Shown here: positions 28,601 through 42,451 of the stretch, one piece after another
How positions within the stretch are numbered: the first letter of the stretch is position 1
How the letters are laid out: the number at the start of each line of letters is the position of its first letter
NCBI GenBank assembly: GCA_964057225.1
Contig: OZ059897.1
Coordinates: 19,096,001 to 19,160,000, forward strand
Source: Auanema rhodensis
Lineage: Eukaryota > Animalia > Nematoda
Reading direction: 5' to 3'
Length of the DNA: 64,000 nt
The notes under the pieces: generated by a model
The model's input: the letters and a program-made list of their open reading frames with translations, nothing else
Told to the model about the DNA's origin: nothing
The model's database searches: none
Position numbers and translations under genes: made by a program

Positions 28601-30178
28601 TAAGTGTGAACTTATATCAGTTGATATCTCGGTGCATTTTTAAGCTAGCGCAAATCTGATAACACAGATCGACGCAGCTTAAAAATCCGCATCGAATGCA
28701 CTATACTACATTGAGAAACACTTGATACAAAAATTAGTTATGATCGTTTGAAAAATGATGCATTAGTGTATGTTGAGTTTCCATCTACACTCAACATTGC
28801 TTCCAAAAACATTTTGACAAAAATTTTTTCGAAAAATTTCAAAAGAATTTAGCAAAAAGTAGATGTTTTTAGATTCCATTTTTCAAGGCAAAGACGATAG
28901 ACAATGTTATTCAACGAAAAAATTAATTCTTTAGGGTGAAAATCGAGGATATAAGTGTGAACTTATATCAGTTGATATCTCGGTGCATTTTTAAGCTAGC
29001 GCAAATCTGATCACACAGATCGACGCAGCTTAAAAATCCGCATCGAATGCACTATACTACATTGAGAAACGCTTAATACACAAATTAGTTTAGATCGTTT
29101 GAAAAATGATGCATTAGTGTATGTTGAGTTTCCATGTACACTCAACATTGCTTCCAAAAACATTTTGACAAAAATTTTTTTGAAAAATTTCAAGATAATT
29201 TAGCAAAAAGTAGATGTTTTTAGATTCCTTTTTTTAAGGCAAAGACGATGGACAATGTTATTCAACGAAAAAATTAATTCTTCAGGGTGAAAATCGAGGA
29301 TATAAGTGTAAACTTATATCAGTTGATATCTCGGTGCATTTTTAAGCTAGCGCAAATCTGATAACACAGATCGACGCAGCTTAAAAATCCGCATCGAATG
29401 CACTATACTACATTGAGAAACACTTGATACAAAAATTAGTTATGATCGTTTGAAAAATGATGCATTAGTGTATGTTGAGTTTCCATGTACACTCAACATT
29501 GCTTCCAAAAACATTTTGACAAAAATTTTTTCGAAAAATTTCAAAATAATTTAGCAAAAAGTAGATGTTTTTAGATTCCTTTTTTCAAGGCAAAGACGAT
29601 GGACAATGTTATTCAACGAAAAAATTATTTCTTCAGGGTGAAAATCGAGGATATAAGTGTGAACTTATATCAGTTGATATCTCGGTGCATTTTTAAGCTA
29701 GCGCAAATCTGATAACACAGATCGACGCAGCTTAAAAATCCGCATCGAATGCACTATACTACATTGAAAAACGCTTGATACAAAAATTAGTTATGATCGT
29801 TTGAAAAATGATGCATTAGTGTATGTTGAGTTTCCATGTACACTCAACATTGCTTCCAAAAACATTTTGACAAAAATTTTTTCGAAAAATTTCAAAATAA
29901 TTTAGCAAAAAGTAGATGTTTTAAGATTCCATTTTTCAAGGCAAAGACGATGGACAATGTTATTCAACGAAAAAATTATTTCTTCAGGGTGAAAATCGAG
30001 GATATAAGTGTGAACTTATATCAGTTGATATCTCGGTGCATTTTTAAGCTAGCGCAAATCTGATAACACAGATCGACGCAGCTTAAAAATCCGCATCGAA
30101 TGCACTATACTACATTGAAAAACGCTTGATACAAAAATTAGTTATGATCGTTTGAAAAATGATGCATTAGTGTATGTT
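25616..30178. repeat. 6-mer higher-order repeat x2, first copy carrying one extra duplicated monomer
   Basis: The order GCAATAAG, A96, CATCTAC/AAAAGAA, TTTGAAA/CAAGAT, CCT, A96/T152 repeats. ORF offsets 27730 to 29836 and 26905 to 29011 are both 2106 bp; 26554 to 26905 is 351 bp. Confidence 0.85.
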
Positions 30179-33100
30179 GAGTTTCCATGTACACTCAACA
30201 TTGCTTCCAAAAACATTTTGACAAAAATTTTTTCGAAAAATTTCGAAATAATTTAGCAAAAAGTAGATGTTTTTAGATTCCATTTCTCAAGGCAAAGACG
30301 ATAGACAATGTTATTCAACGAAAAAATTAATTCTTCAGGGTGAAAATCGAGGATATAAGTGTGAACTTATATCAGTTGATATCTCGGGGCATTTTTAAGC
30401 TAGCGCAAATCTGATAACACAGATCGACGCAGCTTAAAAATCCGCATCGAATGCACTATACTACATTGAGAAACGCTTAATACAAAAATTAGTTATGATC
30501 GTTTGAAAAATGATGCATTAGTGTATGTTGAGTTTCCATGTACACTCAACATTGCTTCCAAAAACATTTTGACAAAAATTTTTTCGAAAAATTTCAAAAT
30601 AATTTAGCAAAAAGTAGATGTTTTTAGATTCCTTTTTTCAAGGCAAAAACGATGGACAATGTTATTCAACGAAAAAATTATTTCTTCAGGGTGAAAATCG
30701 AGGATATAAGTGTGAACTTATATCAGTTGATATCTCGGTGCATTTTTAAGCTAGCGCAAATCTGATAACACAGATCGACGCAGCTTAAAAATCCGGATCG
30801 AATGCACTATACTACATTAAGAAACACTTGATACAAAAATTAGTTATGATCGTTTGAAAAATGATGCATTAGTGTATGTTGAGTTTCCATGTACACTCAA
30901 CATTGCTTCCAAAAACATTTTGACAAAAATTTTTTCGAAAAATTTCAAAATAATTTAGAAAAAAGTAGATGTTTTTAGATTCCATTTCTCAAGGCAAAGA
31001 CGATAGACAATGTTATTCAACGAAAAAATTAATTCTTCAGGGTGAAAATCGAGGATATAAGTGTGAACTTATATCAGTTGATATCTCAGTGCATTTTTAA
31101 GCTAGCGCAAATCTGATAACACAGATCGACGCAGCTTAAAAATCCGCATCGAATGCACTATACTACATTGAGAAACGCTTAATACAAAAATTAGTTATGA
31201 TCGTTTGAAAAATGATGCATTAGTGTATGTTGAGTTTCCATGTACACTCAACATTGCTTCCAAAAACATTTTGACAAAAATTTTTTCGAAAAATTTCAAA
31301 ATAATTTAGCAAAAAGTAGATGTTTTTAGATTCCTTTTTTCAAGGCAAAAACGATGGACAATGTTATTCAACGAAAAAATTATTTCTTCAGGGTGAAAAT
31401 CGAGGATATAAGTGTGAACTTATATCAGTTGATATCTCGGTGCATTTTTAAGCTAGCGCAAATCTGATAACACAGATCGACGCAGCTTAAAAATCCGGAT
31501 CGAATGCACTATACTACATTAAGAAACACTTGATACAAAAATTAGTTATGATCGTTTGAAAAATGATGCATTAGTGTATGTTGAGTTTCCATGTACACTC
31601 AACATTGCTTCCAAAAACATTTTGACAAAAATTTTTTCGAAAAATTTCAAAATAATTTAGCAAAAAGTAGATGTTTTAAGATTCCATTTTTCAAGGCAAA
31701 GACGATGGACAATGTTATTCAACGAAAAAATTAATTCTTCAGGGTGAAAATCGAGGATATAAGTGTGAACTTATATCAGTTGATATCTCAGTGCATTTTT
31801 AAGCTAGCGCAAATCTGATAACACAGATCGACGCAGCTTAAAAATCCGCATCGAATGCACTATACTACATTGAGAAACGCTTAATACAAAAATTAGTTAT
31901 GATCGTTTGAAAAATGATGCATTAGTGTATGTTGAGTTTCCATGTACACTCAACATTGCTTCCAAAAACATTTTGACAAAAATTTTTTCGAAAAATTTCA
32001 AAATAATTTAGCAAAAAGTAGATGTTTTTAGATTCCTTTTTTCAAGGCAAAAACGATGGACAATGTTATTCAACGAAAAAATTATTTCTTCAGGGTGAAA
32101 ATCGAGGATATAAGTGTGAACTTATATCAGTTGATATCTCGGTGCATTTTTAAGCTAGCGCAAATCTGATAACACAGATCGACGCAGCTTAAAAATCCGG
32201 ATCGAATGCACTATACTACATTAAGAAACACTTGATACAAAAATTAGTTATGATCGTTTGAAAAATGATGCATTAGTGTATGTTGAGTTTCCATGTACAC
32301 TCAACATTGCTTCCAAAAACATTTTGACAAAAATTTTTTCGAAAAATTTCAAAATAATTTAGCAAAAAGTAGATGTTTTAAGATTCCATTTTTCAAGGCA
32401 AAGACGATGGACAATGTTATTCAACGAAAAAATTAATTCTTCAGGGTGAAAATCGAGGATATAAGTGTGAACTTATATCAGTTGATATCTCGGTGCATTT
32501 TTAAGCTAGCGCAAATCTGATAACACAGATCGACGCAGCTTAAAAATCCGCATCGAATGCACTATACTACATTGAGAAACGCTTAATACAAAAATTAGTT
32601 ATGATCGTTTGAAAAATGATGCATTAGTGTATGTTGAGTTTCCATGTACACTCAACATTGCTTCCAAAAACATTTTGACAAAAATTTTTTCGAAAAATTT
32701 CAAAATAATTTAGCAAAAAGTAGATGTTTTAAGATTCCATTTTTCAAGGCAAAGACGATGGACAATGTTATTCAACGAAAAAATTAATTCTTCAGGGTGA
32801 AAATCGAGGATATAAGTGTGAACTTATATCAGTTGATATCTCGGTGCATTTTTAAGCTAGCGCAAATCTGATAACACAGATCGACGCAGCTTAAAAATCC
32901 GCATCGAATGCACTATACTACATTGAAAAACGCTTGATACAAAAATTAGTTATGATCGTTTGAAAAATGATGCATTAGTGTATGTTGAGTTTCCATGTAC
33001 ACTCAACATTGCTTCCAAAAACATTTTGACAAAAATTTTTTCGAAAAATTTCAAAATAATTTAGCAAAAAGTAGATGTTTTTAGATTCCTTTTTTCAAGG

Positions 33101-36100
33101 CAAAAACGATGGACAATGTTATTCAACGAAAAAATTATTTCTTCAGGGTGAAAATCGAGGATATAAGTGTGAACTTATATCAGTTGATATCTCGGTGCAT
33201 TTTTAAGCTAGCGCAAATCTGATAACACAGATCGACGCAGCTTAAAAATCCGGATCGAATGCACTATACTACATTAAGAAACACTTGATACAAAAATTAG
33301 TTATGATCGTTTGAAAAATGATGCATTAGTGTATGTTGAGTTTCCATGTACACTCAACATTGCTTCCAAAAACATTTTGACAAAAATTTTTTCGAAAAAT
33401 TTCAAAATAATTTAGCAAAAAGTAGATGTTTTAAGATTCCATTTTTCAAGGCAAAGACGATGGACAATGTTATTCAACGAAAAAATTATTCCTTCAGGGT
33501 GAAAATCGAGGATATAAGTGTGAACTTATATCAGTTGATATCTCGGTGCATTTTTAAGCTAGCGCAAATCTGATAACACAGATCGACGCAGCTTAAAAAT
33601 CCGCATCGAATGCACTATACTACATTGAGAAACGCTTAATACAAAAATTAGTTATGATCGTTTGAAAAATGATGCATTAGTGTATGTTGAGTTTCCATGT
33701 ACACTCAACATTGCTTCCAAAAACATTTTGACAAAAATTTTTTCGAAAAATTTCAAAATAATTTAGCAAAAAGTAGATGTTTTTAGATTCCATTTTTCAA
33801 GGCAAAGACGATAGACAATGTTATTCAACGAAAAAATTAATTCTTCAGGGTGAAAATCGAGGATATAAGTGTGAACTTATATCAGTTGATATCTCGGTGC
33901 ATTTTTAAGCTAGCGCAAATCTGATAACACAGATCGACGCAGCTTAATAATCCGCATCGAATGCACTATACTACATTGAGAAACGCTTAATACAAAAATT
34001 AGTTATGATCGTTTGAGAAATGATGCATTAGTGTATGTTGAGTTTCCATGTACACTCAACATTGCTTCCAAAAACATTTTGACAAAAATTTTTTCGAAAA
34101 ATTTCAAAATAATTTAGCAAAAAGTAGATGTTTTAAGATTCCATTTTTCAAGGCAAAGACGATGGACAATGTTATTCAACGAAAAAATTATATCTTCAGG
34201 GTGAAAATCGAGGATATAAGTGTGAACTTATATCAGTTGATATCTCGGTGCATTTTTAAGCTAGCGCAAATCTGATAACACAGATCGACGCAGCTTAAAA
34301 ATCCGCATCGAATGCACTATACTACATTGAGAAACGCTTAATACAAAAATTAGTTATGATCGTTTGAAAAATGATGCATTTGTGTATGTTGAGTTTCCAT
34401 GTACACTCAACATTGCTTCCAAAAACATTTTGACAAAAATTTTTTCGAAAAATTTCAAAATAATTTAGCAAAAAGTAGATGTTTTAAGATTCCATTTTTG
34501 AAGGCAAAGACGATGGACAATGTTATTCAACGAAAAAATTAATTCTTCAGGGTGAAAATCGAGGATATAAGTGTGAACTTATATCAGTTGATATCTCGGT
34601 GCATTTTTAAGCTAGCGCAAATCTGATAACACAGATCGACGCAGCTTAATAATCCGCATCGAATGCACTATACTACATTGAGAAACGCTTAATACAAAAA
34701 TTAGTTATGATCGTTTGAAAAATGATGCATTTGTGTATGTTGAGTTTCCATGTACACTCAACATTGCTTCCAAAAACATTTTGACAAAAATTTTTTCGAA
34801 AAATTTCAAAATAATTTAGCAAAAAGTAGATGTTTTTAGATTCCATTTTTCAAGGCAAAGACGATGGACAATGTTATTCAACGAAAAAATTAATTCTTCA
34901 GGGTGAAAATCGAGGATATAAGTGTGAACTTATATCAGTTGATATCTCGGTGCATTTTTAAGCTAGCGCAAATCTGATAACACAGATCGACGCAGCTTAA
35001 AAATCCGCATCGAATGCACTATACTACATTGAGAAACGCTTAATACAAAAATTAGTTATGATCGTTTGAAAAATGATGCATTAGTGTATGTTGAGTTTCC
35101 ATGTACACTCAACATTGCTTCCAAAAACATTTTGACAAAAATTTTTTCGAAAAATTTCAAAATAATTCAGCAAAAAGTAGATGTTTTAAGATTCCATTTT
35201 TGAAGGCAAAGACGATGGACAATGTTATTCAACGAAAAAATTAATTCTTCAGGGTGAAAATCGAGGATATAAGTGTGAACTTATATCAGTTGATATCTCG
35301 GTGCATTTTTAAGCTAGCGCAAATCTGATAACACAGATCGACGCAGCTTAAAAATCCGCATCGAATGCACTATACTACATTGAGAAACGCTTAATACAAA
35401 AATTAGTTATGATCGTTTGAAAAATGATGCATTAGTGTATGTTGAGTTTCCATGTACACTCAACATTGCTTCCAAAAACATTTTGACAAAAATTTTTTCG
35501 AAAAATTTCAAAATAATTTAGCAAAAAGTAGATGTTTTAAGATTCCATTTTTCAAGGCAAAGACGATGGACAATGTTATTCAACGAAAAAATTAATTCTT
35601 CAGGGTGAAAATCGAGGATATAAGTGTGAACTTATATCAGTTGATATCTCGGTGCATTTTTAAGCTAGCGCAAATCTGATAACACAGATCGACGCAGCTT
35701 AAAAATCCGCATCGAATGCACTATACTACATTGAGAAACGCTTAATAGAAAAATTAGTTATGATCGTTTGAAAAATGATGCATTAGTGTATGTTGAGTTT
35801 CCATGTACACTCAACATTGCTTCCAAAAACATTTTGACAAAAATTTTTTCGAAAAATTTCAAAATAATTTAGCGAAAAGTAGATGTTTTTAGATTCCATT
35901 TTTCAAGGCAAAGACGATGGACAATGTTATTCAACGAAAAAATTAATTCTTCAGGGTGAAAATCGAGGATATAAGTGTGAACTTATATCAGTTGATATCT
36001 CGGTGCATTTTTAAGCTAGCGCAAATCTGATAACACAGATCGACGCAGCTTAAAAATCCGCATCGAATGCACTATACTACATTGAGAAAAGCTTAATACA

Positions 36101-39100
36101 AAAATTAGTTATGATCGTTTGAAAAATGATGCATTAGTGTATGTTGAGTTTCCATGTACACTCAACATTGCTTCCAAAAACATTTTGACAAAAATTTTTT
36201 CGAAAATTTCAAAATAATTTAGCGAAAAGTAGATGTTTTTAGATTCCATTTTTCAAGGCAAAGACGATGGACAATGTTATTCAACGAAAAAATTAATTCT
36301 TCAGGGTGAAAATCGAGGATATAAGTGTGAACTTATATCAGTTGATATCTCGGTGCATTTTTAAGCTAGCGCAAATCTGATAACACAGATCGACGCAGCT
36401 TAAAAATCCGCATCGAATGCACTATACTACATTGAGAAACGCTTAATACAAAAATTAGTTATGATCGTTTGAAAAATGATGCATTAGTGTATGTTGAGTT
36501 TCCATGTACACTCAACATTGCTTCCAAAAACATTTTGACAAAAATTTTTTCGAAAATTTCAAAATAATTTAGCGAAAAGTAGATGTTTTTAGATTCCATT
36601 TTTCAAGGCAAAGACGATGGACAATGTTATTCAACGAAAAAATTAATTCTTTAGGGTGAAAGTCGAGGATATAAGTGTGAACTTATATCAGTTGATATCT
36701 CGGTGCATTTTTAAGCTAGCGCAAATCTGATAACACAGATCGACGCAGCTTAAAAATCCGCATCGAATGCACTATACTACATTGAGAAACGCTTAATACA
36801 AAAATTAGTTATGATCGTTTGAAAAATGATGCATTAGTGTATGTTGAGTTTCCATGTACACTCAACATTGCTTCCAAAAACATTTTGACAAAAATTTTTT
36901 CGAAAAATTTCAAAATAATTTAGCGAAAAGTAGATGTTTTTAGATTCCATTTTTCAAGGCAAAGACGATGGACAATGTTATTCAACGAAAAAATTAATTC
37001 TTCAGGGTGAAAATCGAGGATATAAGTGTGAACTTATATCAGTTGATATCTCGGTGCATTTATAAGCTAGCGCAAATCTGATAACACAGATCGACGCAGC
37101 TTAAAAATCCGCATCGAATGCACTATACTACATTGAAAAACGCTTGATACAAAAATTAGTTATGATCGTTTGAAAAATGATGCATTAGTGTATGTTGAGT
37201 TTCCATGTACACTCAACATTGCTTCCAAAAACATTTTGACAAAAATTTTTTCGAAAAATTTCAAAATAATTTAGCAAAAAGTAGATGTTTTTAGATTCCA
37301 TTTCTCAAGGCAAAGACGATAGACAATGTTATTCAACGAAAAAATTAATTCTTCAGGGTGAAAATCGAGGATATAAGTGTGAACTTATATCAGTTGATAT
37401 CTCGGTGCATTTTTAAGCTAGCGCAAATCTGATAACACAGATCGACGCAGCTTAAAAATCCGCATCGAATGCACTATACTACATTGAGAAACGCTTAATA
37501 CAAAAATTAGTTATGATCGTTTGAAAAATGATGCATTAGTGTATGTTGAGTTTCCATGTACACTCAACATTGCTTCCAAAAACATTTTGACAAAAATTTT
37601 TTCGAAAAATTTCAAAATAATTTAGCAAAAAGTAGATGTTTTTAGATTCCTTTTTTCAAGGCAAAGACGATGGACAATGTTATTCAACGAAAAAATTATT
37701 TCTTCAGGGTGAAAATCGAGGATATAAGTGTGAACTTATATCAGTTGATATCTCGGTGCATTTTTAAGCTAGCGCAAATCTGATAACACAGATCGACGCA
37801 GCTTAAAAATCCGCATCGAATGCTCTATACTACATTAAAAAACGCTTGATACAAAAATTAGTTATGATCGTTTGAAAAATGATGCATTAGTGTATGTTGA
37901 GTTTCCATGTACACTCAACATTGCTTCCAAAAACATTTTGACAAAAATTTTTTCGAAAAATTTCAAAATAATTTAGCGAAAAGTAGATGTTTTTAGATTC
38001 CATTTTTCAAGGCAAAGACGATGGACAATGTTATTCAACGAAAAAATTAATTCTTCAGGGTGAAAATCGAGGATATAAGTGTGAACTTATATCAGTTGAT
38101 ATCTCGGTGCATTTTTAAGCTAGCGCAAATCTGATAACACAGATCGACGCAGCTTAAAAATCCGCATCGAATGCACTATACTACATTGAGAAACGCTTAA
38201 TACAAAAATTAGTTATGATCGTTTGAAAAATGATGCATGTGTATGTTGAGTTTCCATGTACACTCAACATTGCTTCCAAAAACATTTTGACAAAAATTTT
38301 TTCGAAAAATTTCAAAATAATTTAGCAAAAAGTAGATGTTTTAAGATTCCATTTTTCAAGGCAAAGACGATGGACAATGTTATTCAACGAAAAAATTAAT
38401 TCTTCAGGGTGAAAATCGAGGATATAAGTGTGAACTTATATCAGTTGATATCTCGGTGCATTTTTAAGCTAGCGCAAATCTGATAACACAGATCGACGCA
38501 GCTTAAAAATCCGCATCGAATGCACTATACTACATTGAGAAACGCTTAATAGAAAAATTAGTTATGATCGTTTGAAAAATGATGCATTAGTGTATGTTGA
38601 GTTTCCATGTACACTCAACATTGCTTCCAAAAACATTTTGACAAAAATTTTTTCGAAAAATTTCAAAATAATTTAGCGAAAAGTAGATGTTTTTAGATTC
38701 CATTTTTCAAGGCAAAGACGATGGACAATGTTATTCAACGAAAAAATTAATTCTTCAGGGTGAAAATCGAGGATATAAGTGTGAACTTATATCAGTTGAT
38801 ATCTCGGTGCATTTTTAAGCTAGCGCAAATCTGATAACACAGATCGACGCAGCTTAAAAATCCGCATCGAATGCACTATACTACATTGAGAAACGCTTGA
38901 TACAAAAATTAGTTATGATCGTTTGAAAAATGATGCATTAGTGTATGTTGAGTTTCCATGTACACTCAACATTGCTTCCAAAAACATTTTGACAAAAATT
39001 TTTTCGAAAAATTTCAAAATAATTTAGCGAAAAGTAGATGTTTTTAGATTCCATTTTTCAAGGCAAAGACGATGGACAATGTTATTCAACGAAAAAATTA

Positions 39101-42100
39101 ATTCTTCAGGGTGAAAATCGAGGATATAAGTGTGAACTTATATCAGTTGATATCTCGGTGCATTTTTAAGCTAGCGCAAATCTGATAACACAGATCGACG
39201 CAGCTTAAAAATCCGCATCGAATGCACTATACTACATTGAGAAACGCTTAATACAAAAATTAGTTATGATCGTTTGAAAAATGATGCATGTGTATGTTGA
39301 GTTTCCATGTACACTCAACATTGCTTCCAAAAACATTTTGACAAAAATTTTTTCGAAAAATTTCAAAATAATTTAGCAAAAAGTAGATGTTTTAAGATTC
39401 CATTTTTCAAGGCAAAGACGATGGACAATGTTATTCAACGAAAAAATTAATTCTTCAGGGTGAAAATCGAGGATATAAGTGTGAACTTATATCAGTTGAT
39501 ATCTCGGTGCATTTTTAAGCTAGCGCAAATCTGATAACACAGATCGACGCAGCTTAAAAATCCGCATCGAATGCACTATACTACATTGAGAAACGCTTAA
39601 TAGAAAAATTAGTTATGATCGTTTGAAAAATGATGCATTAGTGTATGTTGAGTTTCCATGTACACTCAACATTGCTTCCAAAAACATTTTGACAAAAATT
39701 TTTTCGAAAAATTTCAAAATAATTTAGCGAAAAGTAGATGTTTTTAGATTCCATTTTTCAAGGCAAAGACGATGGACAATGTTATTCAACGAAAAAATTA
39801 ATTCTTCAGGGTGAAAATCGAGGATATAAGTGTGAACTTATATCAGTTGATATCTCGGTGCATTTTTAAGCTAGCGCAAATCTGATAACACAGATCGACG
39901 CAGCTTAAAAATCCGCATCGAATGCACTATACTACATTGAGAAACGCTTAATACAAAAATTAGTTATGATCGTTTGAAAAATGATGCATGTGTATGTTGA
40001 GTTTCCATGTACACTCAACATTGCTTCCAAAAACATTTTGACAAAAATTTTTTCGAAAAATTTCAAAATAATTTAGCGAAAAGTAGATGTTTTTAGATTC
40101 CATTTTTCAAGGCAAAGACGATGGACAATGTTATTCAACGAAAAAATTAATTCTTCAGGGTGAAAATCGAGGATATAAGTGTGAACTTATATCAGTTGAT
40201 ATCTCGGTGCATTTTTAAGCTAGCGCAAATCTGATAACACAGATCGACGCAGCTTAAAAATCCGCATCGAATGCACTATACTACATTGAGAAACGCTTAA
40301 TACAAAAATTAGTTATGATCGTTTGAAAAATGATGCATGTGTATGTTGAGTTTCCATGTACACTCAACATTGCTTCCAAAAACATTTTGACAAAAATTTT
40401 TTCGAAAAATTTCAAAATAATTTAGCAAAAAGTAGATGTTTTAAGATTCCATTTTTCAAGGCAAAGACGATGGACAATGTTATTCAACGAAAAAATTAAT
40501 TCTTCAGGGTGAAAATCGAGGATATAAGTGTGAACTTATATCAGTTGATATCTCGGTGCATTTTTAAGCTAGCGCAAATCTGATAACACAGATCGACGCA
40601 GCTTAAAAATCCGCATCGAATGCACTATACTACATTGAGAAACGCTTAATAGAAAAATTAGTTATGATCGTTTGAAAAATGATGCATTAGTGTATGTTGA
40701 GTTTCCATGTACACTCAACATTGCTTCCAAAAACATTTTGACAAAAATTTTTTCGAAAAATTTCAAAATAATTTAGCGAAAAGTAGATGTTTTTAGATTC
40801 CATTTTTCAAGGCAAAGACGATGGACAATGTTATTCAACGAAAAAATTAATTCTTCAGGGTGAAAATCGACGATATAAGTGTGAACTTATATCAGTTGAT
40901 ATCTCGGTGCATTTTTAAGCCAGCGCAAATCTGATAACACAGATCGACGCAGCTTAAAAATCCGCATCGAATGCACTATACTACATTGAGAAAAGCTTAA
41001 TACAAAAATTAGTTATGATCGTTTGAAAAATGATGCATTAGTGTATGTTGAGTTTCCATGTACACTCAACATTGCTTCCAAAAACATTTTGACAAAAATT
41101 TTTTCGAAAATTTCAAAATAATTTAGCGAAAAGTAGATGTTTTTAGATTCCATTTTTCAAGGCAAAGACGATGGACAATGTTATTCAACGAAAAAATTAA
41201 TTCTTCAGGGTGAAAATCGAGGATATAAGTGTGAACTTATATCAGTTGATATCTCGGTGCATTTTTAAGCTAGCGCAAATCTGATAACACAGATCGACGC
41301 AGCTTAAAAATCCGCATCGAATGCACTATACTACATTGAGAAACGCTTAATACAAAAATTAGTTATGATCGTTTGAAAAATGATGCATTAGTGTATGTTG
41401 AGTTTCCATGTACACTCAACATTGCTTCCAAAAACATTTTGACAAAAATTTTTTCGAAAATTTCAAAATAATTTAGCGAAAAGTAGATGTTTTTAGATTC
41501 CATTTTTCAAGGCAAAGACGATGGACAATGTTATTCAACGAAAAAATTAATTCTTCAGGGTGAAAGTCGAGGATATAAGTGTGAACTTATATCAGTTGAT
41601 ATCTCGGTGCATTTTTAAGCTAGCGCAAATCTGATAACACAGATCGACGCAGCTTAAAAATCCGCATCGAATGCACTATACTACATTGAGAAACGCTTAA
41701 TACAAAAATTAGTTATGATCGTTTGAAAAATGATGCATTAGTGTATGTTGAGTTTCCATGTACACTCAACATTGCTTCCAAAAACATTTTGACAAAAATT
41801 TTTTCGAAAAATTTCAAAATAATTTAGCGAAAAGTAGATGTTTTTAGATTCCATTTTTCAAGGCAAAGACGATGGACAATGTTATTCAACGAAAAAATTA
41901 ATTCTTCAGGGTGAAAATCGAGGATATAAGTGTGAACTTATATCAGTTGATATCTCGGTGCATTTATAAGCTAGCGCAAATCTGATAACACAGATCGACG
42001 CAGCTTAAAAATCCGCATCGAATGCACTATACTACATTGAAAAACGCTTGATACAAAAATTAGTTATGATCGTTTGAAAAATGATGCATTAGTGTATGTT

Positions 42101-42451
42101 GAGTTTCCATGTACACTCAACATTGCTTCCAAAAACATTTTGACAAAAATTTTTTCGAAAAATTTCAAAATAATTTAGCAAAAAGTAGATGTTTTAAGAT
42201 TCCTTTTTTCAAGGCAAAAACGATGGACAATGTTATTCAACGAAAAAATTATTTCTTCAGGGTGAAAATCGAGGATATAAGTGTGAACTTATATCAGTTG
42301 ATATCTCGGTGCATTTTTAAGCTAGCGCAAATCTGATAACACAGATCGACGCAGCTTAAAAATCCGCATCGAATGCACTATACTACATTGAGAAACGCTT
42401 GATACAAAAATTAGTTATGATCGTTTGAAAAATGATGCATTAGTGTATGTT

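Larger units (their letters stand above)
1..42451. repeat. Left satellite subfamily domain
   Basis: Frequent variants TTTTAAGATTCC (A96), GCGAAAAG (G80), GATAGAC (A125), GCAAAAAC (A119), CCGGATC and TTGAAAAACG. These are absent or rare after 45 kb. Confidence 0.85.
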
